Origin: Candidatus Microgenomates bacterium
GTDB taxonomy: Bacteria > Patescibacteriota > Microgenomatia > UBA8517 > JACQJR01
DNA length: 64,000 nucleotides
Direction of reading: 5' to 3'
Assembly (NCBI GenBank): GCA_016204995.1
Contig: JACQJR010000001.1
Span: forward strand, 92,548-156,547
Part shown: positions 8,576-17,658 of the stretch, piece by piece
Layout: each line of letters begins with the position of its first letter
How positions within the stretch are numbered: the first letter of the stretch is position 1
The notes under the pieces: model-generated
The model's input: only the letters and a program-made list of their open reading frames with translations
Database searches by the model: none
What the model was told of the DNA's origin: nothing
Translations under genes and position numbers: made by a program

Positions 8576-9748
8576 CTACAGTTTTTCCGCCATTTTGACC
8601 AGCTCGTCAAATTTAAGTTTTCTGGAGGCCTTAAGAAGCATCACTACATTTCTATCCAAGCTATCTTTAATAGCCTTTTTTAAAATGTTTTCGCTAGGAA
8701 CAATAATAATTTGGTTATTTTTCATACCGCCGTTTCTTGCCCCTTCCACCAAAAATGGAGCAAATTGGCCAAAGCAGATTAAATTATCTATCTTTTTTTT
8801 AGCTACCCATTCCCCTACTTCTTGATGTCCCTTCTCTGTATAATCTCCCAGTTCCAACATATCTCCTAAAACCGCTGCAGTTTTTTTACCTTTACCAACC
8901 TCTATTAAGGTATCTATGGCCGCTTTGGCTCCTAAAGGACTACTATTATAAGTATCATCCAGAATGATGGCACCGCTTTTGGTAGTAACTGGTTGCAGCC
9001 GGTGAGGGGTTGGAATAAAACTTTCTAAACCCAACTTAATATCTTCAGGCTCTACATTAAAGGACAAACCGACAGCGGCGGCAGCCAAAGCTGCATAAAC
9101 AAAATGGGCCCCTAAAACTGGTAGAGTAATTTCAATTAATTGTTGATCAAAATTTAAGGTGAAAGTGGTTTGTAAATTAATAACTTTAATGTCTTGCGCT
9201 TTTATCTCACAACCGCGCCCTAAACCATATAAAATAACTTTAGCTTTAGTTTTTTCTGAAATCTGCTTAACTAACCGGTCATCTCCATTAACGATAGCTA
9301 AACCCTTTTGGGAAAGACCGGCAATTAATTTGCCCTTTTCGCGAGCAACTCCCTCAATATCACCAAAAAATTCTGTGTGGGTCCAATAAATATTAGTCAA
9401 AATGCCGATATCTGGTTTAGAAAGGGCTAGATAAAAATCCATATCCCCCTTATGGTCTACTCCCATTTCCAAAACTAGAACTTTAGTACCAGGGGTCGTC
9501 TTAAGAATAGTGGTAGGAATATTGTAAACCGGATCAATATTGGCGTAAGAGACACGTATTTTATATTTTTGCGACAACACAGAAGCAACCATTTCTTTAG
9601 TGGTAGTTTTTCCCACGCTGCCAGTAATGCCGATTACTTTTATGTCAGTAAATTTCTTTAGAAAAAATAAATAATTTTTTGCCAGTTGTCTTTTAACGGG
9701 ATGGTAAATTAGTTTTTTAATCATACTTTTAGAAAAGTTTTGGCCCAC
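8576..9748 (-). CDS. murF: UDP-N-acetylmuramoyl-tripeptide--D-alanyl-D-alanine ligase (short form)
   Basis: Mur ligase P-loop VIGITGSVGKTTTKEM and C-terminal AVLGDMLELG..GHQEVG motif typical of MurF. Shorter than usual at the N-terminus. Confidence 0.75.
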   Translation of the reverse strand: MGQNFSKSMIKKLIYHPVKRQLAKNYLFFLKKFTDIKVIGITGSVGKTTTKEMVASVLSQKYKIRVSYANIDPVYNIPTTILKTTPGTKVLVLEMGVDHKGDMDFYLALSKPDIGILTNIYWTHTEFFGDIEGVAREKGKLIAGLSQKGLAIVNGDDRLVKQISEKTKAKVILYGLGRGCEIKAQDIKVINLQTTFTLNFDQQLIEITLPVLGAHFVYAALAAAAVGLSFNVEPEDIKLGLESFIPTPHRLQPVTTKSGAIILDDTYNSSPLGAKAAIDTLIEVGKGKKTAAVLGDMLELGDYTEKGHQEVGEWVAKKKIDNLICFGQFAPFLVEGARNGGMKNNQIIIVPSENILKKAIKDSLDRNVVMLLKASRKLKFDELVKMAEKL

Positions 9749-10455
9749 ATATCAATTTCGCCCGCTATGGCTGCCGGCCGATGATAAGGCAAACTGTGTC
9801 CAATATTTTTAAATACCTTCAGAATAGACTTGGAAATTTGAGCTTTGGTTTGGTAAGCCAATGCTGGCGGTAAAATTTTATCACTTCCTCCCCAAAGTAT
9901 CAGCACTGGCATGGCAAGTTTTCCTAAATTATAGTAATTATCTCCTGAACGGATGCTGCGTAAAATAAGCCTATTCCAAAAACCACTAGGCATTTCATAA
10001 TAGTGCGACAAAACCCACTTTCTAATATTAGGAAACCAGATTAACATACCACCTAATAATTTATAAAAAAAGTGTTTTAGTGATGATGGAGAGGAAACAG
10101 TAGAGGAGCAAATTACTAATCCCCTTACATTTTTATCACCTAAGGCTAGCGCTGTGGCCACTCTACCACCAAAAGAATGACCAAAAACTATATAAGGCAG
10201 ATTTCCCCATTTGTCTTTGACAAAATTACTAATCACAGTCTTATAACCATCGGTTGTTAAAGGAATCTCCGGCTTAAACGATTTGCCAAAACCAGGTAAA
10301 TCAACCGCTAAAACATGCCATCCTTTTTTGACTAGATCACGAGCTAAAGGCCTAAACTTTTCTTTATCCACTGCCCAACCATGAATCAACACAATATTTT
10401 TCTCTCCCTGCCTGCGCAGGCAGGCCTCGCCTAATTCAAAATAACTTAATTCCAC
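9721..10455 (-). CDS. Alpha/beta-fold hydrolase embedded in the dcw operon
   Basis: IVLIHGW (HG oxyanion motif), GHSFGG nucleophile elbow, C-terminal His. Its N-terminal extension carries an in-frame copy of the 18-bp palindrome (ACLRRQ). Confidence 0.7.
   Translation of the reverse strand: MELSYFELGEACLRRQGEKNIVLIHGWAVDKEKFRPLARDLVKKGWHVLAVDLPGFGKSFKPEIPLTTDGYKTVISNFVKDKWGNLPYIVFGHSFGGRVATALALGDKNVRGLVICSSTVSSPSSLKHFFYKLLGGMLIWFPNIRKWVLSHYYEMPSGFWNRLILRSIRSGDNYYNLGKLAMPVLILWGGSDKILPPALAYQTKAQISKSILKVFKNIGHSLPYHRPAAIAGEIDMWAKTFLKV
10407..10424. repeat. 18-bp perfect palindrome CCTGCCTGCGCAGGCAGG, copy 1 (in-frame in the hydrolase CDS, encodes ACLRRQ)
   Basis: Exact 18-mer read from the sequence. 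The palindrome has no stop codon in any frame. Confidence 0.8.
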
Positions 10456-11354
10456 ACATCCCCTTCAAAACCAATTAATTGAACTTCTGGTTCAAGAGCA
10501 ATCCCAAATTTTTCCTGCACTTTTTGTCTATAAACTTTCGCCAGTTTCACGAAATCTGCCGCCGTGCCACCGCCACTATTGATAAATAAATTACCATGCC
10601 AGGTAGCAATTTCTACCCCATCTTCCCGCGCTCCTTTGGCCCCGACTTCTTCCAATAACCAACCTGCCGGAATTTTACCAAACATAATCTTATCCGCCGG
10701 AATTCTGTCTAAAATATCCTGCGTTAATTTAGCCGCTTCTACATTTTTGAAAAAACTGCCGGGACAAGCGAGACCCGGATGATATCTAATTAATCTCTGT
10801 TGCATAATTTCTTGTGACGTTTTAATTAATTGAACACTATCTGCCGTGGCCGTTATATCAAATGCCGCCTCTAAAATAATTTCTCCAGTTTCTTTAAATC
10901 TGCTATGACGGTAAGATAAATTACATTCCGCGCGAGTGTATTTTTTTAGTTGATCCTCATGTGAATCGTATATCTGTACCCATAAAATTTTATCGGCAAT
11001 AGTTTGGCCGTAAGCTCCAGCATTGCCATAAATAGCTCCGCCAATTGTGCCGGGAATACCAACTAGCTTCTCAAAACCAGCTTTGCCTTTTTCATTAGCC
11101 CATTCCACAAGTGTTGCCAAATCAGTCCCCGATCCCACCGCCTCATTGATGGCAGTATAGGAATTTTTGATGACCAGTCCTTCAAAACCGCTGTCTGCCA
11201 CCAATAAATTACTGCCTCCGCCGATCACCAAGTAGGGCATTTGACCAGTTTGAGCTTTTCTAATTTCTTCTACCAGCCCTTCCTTAGTCTTTGCCTCTAC
11301 CAATTCGCGAATATGGCCGCCAATTTTAAGAGTAGTGATTTCGGAAAAGTTCAT
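10446..11354 (-). CDS. murB: UDP-N-acetylenolpyruvoylglucosamine reductase
   Basis: FAD-binding N-terminus TLKIGGHIREL...YLVIGGGSNLLVAD and the MurB C-terminal domain. Start overlaps murC stop by 4 nt. Confidence 0.88.
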   Translation of the reverse strand: MNFSEITTLKIGGHIRELVEAKTKEGLVEEIRKAQTGQMPYLVIGGGSNLLVADSGFEGLVIKNSYTAINEAVGSGTDLATLVEWANEKGKAGFEKLVGIPGTIGGAIYGNAGAYGQTIADKILWVQIYDSHEDQLKKYTRAECNLSYRHSRFKETGEIILEAAFDITATADSVQLIKTSQEIMQQRLIRYHPGLACPGSFFKNVEAAKLTQDILDRIPADKIMFGKIPAGWLLEEVGAKGAREDGVEIATWHGNLFINSGGGTAADFVKLAKVYRQKVQEKFGIALEPEVQLIGFEGDVWN

Positions 11355-12664
11355 TTAATTAAATGATATATTTGAAAAATATCGCCCGCACCTAATGTTA
11401 AAACTATATCACCAGGTTTAACATTAGTCTTAATCCATGATAGTATCGCCTTTTTGTCACCCGTATAAAAAGTATTGGTATGATTTTTCTTAATCTCTTC
11501 TGTTAATAATTCTCCTGACATACCTAAATCATCTGTTTCGCGAGCTGAAGCATATATATCCATAATTGCTACCATATCGGCATCACTAAAACTTCTTGAA
11601 AATTCAGATAGTAACGTCTTGGTTCGGGAATAAGTATGCGGTTGAAAAATTGCTACCAACCTCTTTTCTGGAAAATTTTGCTTAACTGCCGAAAGTACTG
11701 ATTTAATTTCGTGGGGAGTATGGGCATAATCATCATAAAAATCTGCTCCACGAAATTTCCCCATTTTTTCAAAACGGCGTCTCGTTCCAGTAAATTTTAC
11801 CAGTCCCTTTTTAATTTTTTCCTCACTTATATCGTAAAATCTAGCCACTTCGGCGGCTGCCGAGGCGTTTAATTGATTGAAATCTCCCAACACTTTAAGT
11901 TTAAAGTCACTCAAAGTATAATTTTTTACTGGGATAGATAAATTTTTAATTATTTCCATTATATTTTGATTATTTTCATTGGCAATTAATAATCCATCTG
12001 GTGGAACTTTGGCAAAAAATTCGCTAAAAGCTTTTTTGGTATCTTCTATGGTTGGATAAATATCCGGATGGTCGTGTTCAATATTAGTCGCTACTATCAC
12101 TTTGGGTGATAATAAAGAAAAACGTGGTCTATTATCTACCCCCGGTGAAATAGCAAATTCATCCGCCTCGGCCACAAACACTTTTCCTTCTTTATCATAT
12201 TTACCTGGTGCGCCTAATGAGTGGATATCACCAACACCTATTGCAAAGGAGGGGTGTAATCCGGCCGCCGCAAAAATATTAGCAATCATGGCCGAAGTAG
12301 TTGATTTACCACCCACCCCGCAAACGGCGATTGTTTCTTTACCACTTGCAAATTCTGCTAGAGCTTCAGCGTGAGTCATAACCGGAATTCCCATTTCGCG
12401 TGCCGCCACCACTTCGGGATTATTTAAACCACCATGAGCTCCAGTAGTAATTAATAATTCTGGTTTAGGCTTTAAATTTTCTTTATTAAAACCAATTTTC
12501 CAGGAAATTCCTCGCCTTTTTAGGGTTTCATCAGTCACAAACACCTCTGCTATATCACTACCAGTCACCTGAATTCCCAAATCTTGAGCACACAAGGCCA
12601 AAGCAGTCATACCGACTCCTTTAATCCCTGTAAAGTGGATAGTATGTAAGTTTTTTATATTCAT
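11351..12664 (-). CDS. murC: UDP-N-acetylmuramate--L-alanine ligase
   Basis: HFTGIKGVGMTALA (MurC N-terminal HFIGIGGxGMS-type motif), P-loop CGVGGKSTTSAM, DxYAHTPHE C-terminal motif. Confidence 0.88.
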   Translation of the reverse strand: MNIKNLHTIHFTGIKGVGMTALALCAQDLGIQVTGSDIAEVFVTDETLKRRGISWKIGFNKENLKPKPELLITTGAHGGLNNPEVVAAREMGIPVMTHAEALAEFASGKETIAVCGVGGKSTTSAMIANIFAAAGLHPSFAIGVGDIHSLGAPGKYDKEGKVFVAEADEFAISPGVDNRPRFSLLSPKVIVATNIEHDHPDIYPTIEDTKKAFSEFFAKVPPDGLLIANENNQNIMEIIKNLSIPVKNYTLSDFKLKVLGDFNQLNASAAAEVARFYDISEEKIKKGLVKFTGTRRRFEKMGKFRGADFYDDYAHTPHEIKSVLSAVKQNFPEKRLVAIFQPHTYSRTKTLLSEFSRSFSDADMVAIMDIYASARETDDLGMSGELLTEEIKKNHTNTFYTGDKKAILSWIKTNVKPGDIVLTLGAGDIFQIYHLIK

Positions 12665-12683
12665 AAAAACAAATTTAAATTAA

Positions 12684-12766
12684 CCAATTTCTAATTGTTC
12701 TAATTTCTAATCAAATCTCAATTCCCAAAATTTTAGGTCAATTAGGTTAATTAGAAATTAGAAATT
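12684..12766. repeat. AT-rich intergenic inverted-repeat element (copy 2, murE-murC spacer)
   Basis: Left arm aatttctaattgttctaatttctaat, ~30-bp spacer, right arm attaggttaattagaaattagaaatt. The arms are near-perfect reverse complements, giving a MITE/REP-like long hairpin. Confidence 0.6.
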
Positions 12767-14079
12767 TTATCCCCCATTCTTTTTACCCCTCCTTTCAGCG
12801 ATACTCTGGCTGCTTCCTGATCTGACCAGGGGTATTCCATATTATCAATGGCCATAGATCTTTCGTGGCCTTTGCCGCAAAGAGCAACAATATCACCCGG
12901 GGCAGCTAATTTTTGAATTGCCAAGGCGATCGCTTCACCTCTTTCCGGTACTTTAACCACCCATTTCCCGCCTTTTCTCCAATTAGTCTGTCCGTCCCAA
13001 ACTTGAGCCTCTTGCCTAATACCGCGCGTTATATCATCAATAATCCGTTCCACATCTTCTGTCCGGGGATCATCAGCCGTCAGTATAATAAAATCAGCCA
13101 ACTTTGCGGCCGCCTTCCCCATCAAAGGACGCTTTCCTAAATCCCGTTGACCAGGACAGCCAAATGCCACAATTAGTTTACTCTTAGGAGGTTTTATTTT
13201 ACCCAGGGCTGTCAGTAAATTTTCCAAAGATCCCGGCGTATGAGCAAAATCCACTACCACAGTAAATTTTTTCCCTTCATTTATTACTTCCATTCTACCC
13301 CTTAAACCGGCAAAACTACTAACTGCCTCTCTAATTTTATCCCAAGCCACATTTAAACTTCTCACTGCTCCAGCCGCCGCTAAAATATTCGCCGCGTTAT
13401 ATTCACCGATCAATTTAGTCTGGAAATTCATACTTTTACCTTCTGCCTTAACCTCAAATTCCATTCCACCAGGAGTTAAGTTGACACTTTTATATACGAT
13501 CATAGCATGTTTTGATACATCATAAGAACCATAAGAGATGATTTTAGCATCACTACTAGCTTTTTGTTGTAAATAATCAAACGATGGGTCATCTTGATTT
13601 AACACTGCCACTTTAACTCCCCTTAATAATTTTGCTTTAGCCTCCCGATATCTCTCAAAAGTTTTATGATAATCAAGGTGTTCATGGGTGATATTAGTTA
13701 CTACTCCTATCTTAAAATTACCACCCAAGACCCGATGCTGGTCTAAACCATGCGAAGTGGTTTCTATCACGACGTGAGTGACACCTCTCTGCCGAGCTTG
13801 AGCAAGGATTGATTGCATAACCCGCGGATCAGGAGTAGTCACATGCAAACCGGTATCAATTTCTTCACCATCTAAAAACGCCCCTAAAGTAGAAATTACG
13901 GCTGTTTTATAGCCAGCAATACTTAAAATATGACCGATTAAATGAGTGGTGGTGGTTTTGCCATCAGTACCTGTTACTCCAATGACGGTCAAATCGCGAG
14001 CCGGATAGCCATTTTTAATAACCTGCCAAACAGCTGTTAAAAGATGCTGAAAATTCCGCCACCGGCCGTAGAGATTCAT
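12751..14079 (-). CDS. murE: UDP-N-acetylmuramoyl-L-alanyl-D-glutamate--2,6-diaminopimelate (or L-lysine) ligase
   Basis: VIGVTGTDGKTTTTHLIGHIL P-loop and Mur ligase C-terminal domain. Positioned after ftsI, as in canonical dcw order. Confidence 0.88.
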   Translation of the reverse strand: MNLYGRWRNFQHLLTAVWQVIKNGYPARDLTVIGVTGTDGKTTTTHLIGHILSIAGYKTAVISTLGAFLDGEEIDTGLHVTTPDPRVMQSILAQARQRGVTHVVIETTSHGLDQHRVLGGNFKIGVVTNITHEHLDYHKTFERYREAKAKLLRGVKVAVLNQDDPSFDYLQQKASSDAKIISYGSYDVSKHAMIVYKSVNLTPGGMEFEVKAEGKSMNFQTKLIGEYNAANILAAAGAVRSLNVAWDKIREAVSSFAGLRGRMEVINEGKKFTVVVDFAHTPGSLENLLTALGKIKPPKSKLIVAFGCPGQRDLGKRPLMGKAAAKLADFIILTADDPRTEDVERIIDDITRGIRQEAQVWDGQTNWRKGGKWVVKVPERGEAIALAIQKLAAPGDIVALCGKGHERSMAIDNMEYPWSDQEAARVSLKGGVKRMGDKISNF

Positions 14080-14091
14080 AGCTAAAGTATA

Positions 14092-15837
14092 TCATTGTGA
14101 AGGACTAATTCCTAAGTAAGGGAAAAGGTCGCGAGCGATCGCAAACCAGGTGGGGGCGGCGGTTTGCGAGGCCCAGGGAGAAGAAGAAGGCTCCTGCAAA
14201 CTGACCAGCATCACAAATTGGGGATTTTGAGCCGGGGCAAAACCAATGAAAGAGGCGACAGTTTTTTTGCTGTAGTGACCAGCTAAGGGAACTTGGGCTG
14301 TCCCAGTTTTTCCGGCCACCGCAAAACCGGGAATAGCCAATCGTCTGGCTTCCCCGAGTTGGACTGCTTTGGTCATCATCTCGCTAATTTCACTGGCGGC
14401 TTTTTCACTAATTACCCTACCTTCATCGCGAACGGGAATAGATTGCGACCAGCCATCCCCGGTAATTTTATCTACCACTCGCGGGATCGGTAAAATGCCA
14501 TGATTGGCAATGGCCGCGGCTGCCCGAGTAAATTGAATAGGCGTCACCGCCACTCCCTGGCCAAAAGCAGAAGTAGCTAAATCCACGCTCGTCCACGCAC
14601 TTAATGGCCGTAGAGTTGGACTTTCTTCTTCCTGCAGATCAATACCAGTAATTCGTCCTATACCAAAACGACTAAGATAATCCAACAGTTTTTCTTGACC
14701 CAAACGTCTCACAGTAAAAACCATACCAGTATTATCGGAATGGATAATAGTCTCGGCCATAGTGGTATTAGGAAAATATTTATTGTCCCCCGTATGAATT
14801 TGGTATTCTGCTACCGAAACCGGCCCAGAACAGTTATCGCACTTGGTCTTGGGAGTAACTGCTCCGCTATCAAGAGCTGCAGCCATCACCAAAATCTTAA
14901 AAATTGACCCTGGTTCAAAAGCGTCGCTGACAATTGGATTTTTAAATAAAGTTGGATCAGATTGATTGTATTTGGCGGCATCATAGGAAGGCAAACTAGC
15001 CGCCGCCAGAACTTCACCCGTTGGCTTCATCACCACTACACTGCCGCCTTTAGCCCCATATTTGTCCATTGCCTCCTGTAAATGTTTAACCGCGGTATAC
15101 TGAATTGTTCTATCAATAAAAGTCACAATATCCAACCCTTTTTGCGCCCCTATTTCGCTCAATAGCCCAAAAGGAATGGGGTTACCCCGTAAATCTTTTT
15201 CTTCTCGCCTGATACCCTTTTTGCCAGACAAAGTGACATCATAAAATCCTTCCAAGCCAAAATAACCTTCTTCCCCGGTTTCGCTTTTACCGACAAAACC
15301 CAATAAATGGGCTGCCATTGTCCCTTCGGGATAGTATCTGGACTCTTGAGCCGTCCAACCTAAATCATCAAAATGCAACCCGTTTATTTTATTTTTGGAC
15401 TCGTCAGACACTTTATCAGCCAGCGATACCCAACGTAAATCTTTATTTGCCAAAGCTTTTTTCAGTTTAGCCTCTTGAGTGGCCACCAAAACAACTCTGG
15501 CGCTACCCGTAGCTAACTGATCTTCGTTATCAGCCAGAAGAGAGGCTAAAATATGAGCTAAATCATCTTTGTTTTCTTTAATTTTTTGGGGATCAGTCCA
15601 CATCTGCCAGTTAATTTGGGAGGTGGCTAGCGGCGCTCCGTCACTAGCTAAAATTGCCCCCCGATGCGCACTAATTTCTACACTGGTTACGTGTTGGGCC
15701 CGAGCGTATTTTGATAACTCTCCATTTTTCAGAATCTGCCAGTAGAAAAGTCGTAAAATTAAGAGACTAAAGCAAATCAAAAAAAGAATATTTATCAGCC
15801 GAAAGCGACTATTAAACAATGATAACTCTTTGACCAT
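14092..15837 (-). CDS. ftsI: Penicillin-binding protein / peptidoglycan D,D-transpeptidase
   Basis: N-terminal TM anchor. Transpeptidase motifs SxxK (GSIFK), SxN (HSDN) and KTG (AGKTGTAQ). Follows ftsL-like gene. Confidence 0.88.
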   Translation of the reverse strand: MVKELSLFNSRFRLINILFLICFSLLILRLFYWQILKNGELSKYARAQHVTSVEISAHRGAILASDGAPLATSQINWQMWTDPQKIKENKDDLAHILASLLADNEDQLATGSARVVLVATQEAKLKKALANKDLRWVSLADKVSDESKNKINGLHFDDLGWTAQESRYYPEGTMAAHLLGFVGKSETGEEGYFGLEGFYDVTLSGKKGIRREEKDLRGNPIPFGLLSEIGAQKGLDIVTFIDRTIQYTAVKHLQEAMDKYGAKGGSVVVMKPTGEVLAAASLPSYDAAKYNQSDPTLFKNPIVSDAFEPGSIFKILVMAAALDSGAVTPKTKCDNCSGPVSVAEYQIHTGDNKYFPNTTMAETIIHSDNTGMVFTVRRLGQEKLLDYLSRFGIGRITGIDLQEEESPTLRPLSAWTSVDLATSAFGQGVAVTPIQFTRAAAAIANHGILPIPRVVDKITGDGWSQSIPVRDEGRVISEKAASEISEMMTKAVQLGEARRLAIPGFAVAGKTGTAQVPLAGHYSKKTVASFIGFAPAQNPQFVMLVSLQEPSSSPWASQTAAPTWFAIARDLFPYLGISPSQ

Positions 15838-15840
15838 ACG

Positions 15841-16122
15841 TTACTTGGTCAAGTTTAAGGCTACTTCTGAAGAAGTCGCAAGATAAAGAACTTGTGGACT
15901 AACAAAACCTAAAGTTTCTGCTTGAGCAGCAGCAACTTTGAGAGATTCAGCCTGATAGATCCTGGTCATAATTTGGGAATTCTGAAAACTGAATTGGTTA
16001 GCTTGATCCTGTAAATCTCCCAAGGCCTTACCACTACTGGCGGCCATAAAACTAGCGGCGATTTGCGCGACGAGTAATACTCCTAATATAATTAAAGTTG
16101 GTTTATATAGTTTATCTATCAT
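15841..16122 (-). CDS. ftsL: FtsL-like small bitopic cell-division protein
   Basis: 93 aa with a single TM helix (LIILGVLLVAQIAASFMAA) and a short periplasmic tail. Lies between rsmH and ftsI. Assignment is by position and topology only. Confidence 0.45.
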   Translation of the reverse strand: MIDKLYKPTLIILGVLLVAQIAASFMAASSGKALGDLQDQANQFSFQNSQIMTRIYQAESLKVAAAQAETLGFVSPQVLYLATSSEVALNLTK

Positions 16123-16123
16123 C

Positions 16124-17014
16124 TTAAATCCTTTCCGCTATCCTTAATTTGGCGCTTTTCGCGCGGGGATTAGCCGCAATCTCCGCCTGACTTGGCCTAA
16201 TTGGTTTTTTAGTCAAAATTTTTAAATTATCCATCGCTTCCTGTTCTTTAAAAAAATTTTTAATAATGCTGTCCTCTCCCGAATGAAAACTAATCACTAC
16301 CAGCCTTCCTCTCTTGCCTAAAATTTCTACCGCACCTTTTAATCCCTCTTTTAAATTTTCCAATTCTCTATTTACCGCTATCCTCAAGGCTAAAAAAATT
16401 AAAGCTAGCGGACTAATACTTCTTTTCCGGCCTGCCTGTACTCTATCAATTACCGCCACCAGATCGCGAGTTTCCTCAAACTTTTTTAGCTCTCTGGCGC
16501 GGACAATAGCACGAGCAATTGTGCCAGCCACGTTTTTCGGCACAGTTTGGCTAAATAATTCATTTAATTGATCCTCTCTTAAGCTGTTTAACAGGTCGGC
16601 TGCCGTTACACCTTGAGCTTGCGGATTCATTCTCATATCCAACAGGTTGCTTTGAGTGAAAGAGAAACCTCGCGCACTGCCAAGCTGCGTGCTGGATATG
16701 CCTAAATCAAACAGCACTCCATCTACGGGCACGAAATTATGCTCCTTAGCCACTTCGGTGATCTTTGCGAAATTAGAATGGGCAAAAACAACATCAGGAC
16801 TCGCCTGCGCAGGCAGGCAGGATAAAAGATGTTGTCTAGCCGTCTCCAAGGCTTCTTTATCCCAATCCATCGCCAGTACTCTGGCACCTTGTTCACAGAT
16901 AGCCCTGGTGTGTCCTCCGCCACCTAAAGTTGCGTCTATGTACCGACCTTGTTTTTTAATGTGCAAATAATCTACTACCTCTTTAATTAATACCGGGATA
17001 TGGTTACTTTCCAT
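16124..17014 (-). CDS. rsmH: 16S rRNA (cytosine1402-N4)-methyltransferase RsmH (MraW)
   Basis: HIPVLIKEVVDYL, SAM-binding DATLGGGGH, and LLDMRMN motifs. Contains an in-frame palindrome variant (CLPAQAS). Confidence 0.9.
   Translation of the reverse strand: MESNHIPVLIKEVVDYLHIKKQGRYIDATLGGGGHTRAICEQGARVLAMDWDKEALETARQHLLSCLPAQASPDVVFAHSNFAKITEVAKEHNFVPVDGVLFDLGISSTQLGSARGFSFTQSNLLDMRMNPQAQGVTAADLLNSLREDQLNELFSQTVPKNVAGTIARAIVRARELKKFEETRDLVAVIDRVQAGRKRSISPLALIFLALRIAVNRELENLKEGLKGAVEILGKRGRLVVISFHSGEDSIIKNFFKEQEAMDNLKILTKKPIRPSQAEIAANPRAKSAKLRIAERI
16802..16821. repeat. Palindrome family variant CGCCTGCGCAGGCAGGCAGG inside rsmH (in-frame, encodes LPAQA)
   Basis: Core GCCTGCGCAGGC is perfectly palindromic; extended by CAGGCAGG. 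Confidence 0.6.
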
Positions 17015-17447
17015 CTTCCCGCCTTTCCCTGTACAACTTTTCTATTTGAGCGCCCGCTTGATCCATAATCTCTTTTTCATGCTCTTCCCAAGCGTTTTTA
17101 TCCCAAATTTCCACCCTATTTCCTAAACCGGCAAAAATAACTTCTCGTTTGATTTTGGCGTAATTGCGTAATGAAAGTGGCACAATAAAGCGGCTTTGCT
17201 TATCCAATTCCAGTTCAAACGATCCGGCCAACAAAAACCTATCAGTGTCACGGGCAGATAGGGTGGCCAGTTCACCACCGGTAAGACGAGATACCAGCTG
17301 GCTCCAGGAATTTTTATCAACCAGCAGGATACAGCCTTCATACCAACGGCTAGCCACCAAATTGTTGCCCAGTTCGCTCCTAACTTTTTTAGGAACAGCC
17401 AGGCGGCTTTTTTCATCAAGTTTGGCAAAGTAAGCACCCAACAGCAT
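17004..17447 (-). CDS. mraZ: Transcriptional regulator MraZ
   Basis: Duplicated MraZ motifs LDEKSRLAVPKKVRSEL and LDKQSRFIVPLSLRNYA. First gene of the dcw operon. Confidence 0.9.
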   Translation of the reverse strand: MLLGAYFAKLDEKSRLAVPKKVRSELGNNLVASRWYEGCILLVDKNSWSQLVSRLTGGELATLSARDTDRFLLAGSFELELDKQSRFIVPLSLRNYAKIKREVIFAGLGNRVEIWDKNAWEEHEKEIMDQAGAQIEKLYRERREDGK

Positions 17448-17456
17448 AATAATTGG

Positions 17457-17476
17457 GCAGGCCTGCCTGCGCAGGC
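17457..17476. repeat. Palindrome family variant GCAGGCCTGCCTGCGCAGGC, intergenic, 10 bp upstream of the mraZ start, flanked by GGGCAGGC direct repeats
   Basis: Read directly from the sequence. GGGCAGGC occurs at 17454-17461 and 17500-17507. Confidence 0.6.
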
Positions 17477-17543
17477 TAGAAGTTGGGGGATGGGCAGGCT
17501 AATCATGACTGAATGTGATGATTTTCCCCCACTTTTCACCACT

Positions 17544-17552
17544 TTATACCAT
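17544..17552 (-). promoter_or_regulatory. Candidate extended -10 (TGGTATAAA on the minus strand) for the dcw/mraZ promoter
   Basis: The reverse complement of tttatacca reads TGgTATAAA, ~95 bp upstream of the mraZ ATG. No convincing -35; speculative. Confidence 0.2.
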
Positions 17553-17658
17553 TTTGAAAGTTTTCACTGCGTTTGTCAAGGCCCAATCATGTAAACTGAT
17601 TGGGCCGCAGACCCTGAGCGAAGTCGAAGGGTCAATATTAAATATTATAGTGAGAAAA

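Noticed and set aside
17123-17542. 139-aa minus-strand ORF overlapping mraZ and the promoter region
   Set aside because: It lies out of frame over the well-supported mraZ and extends through the palindrome and promoter. There is no motif support.
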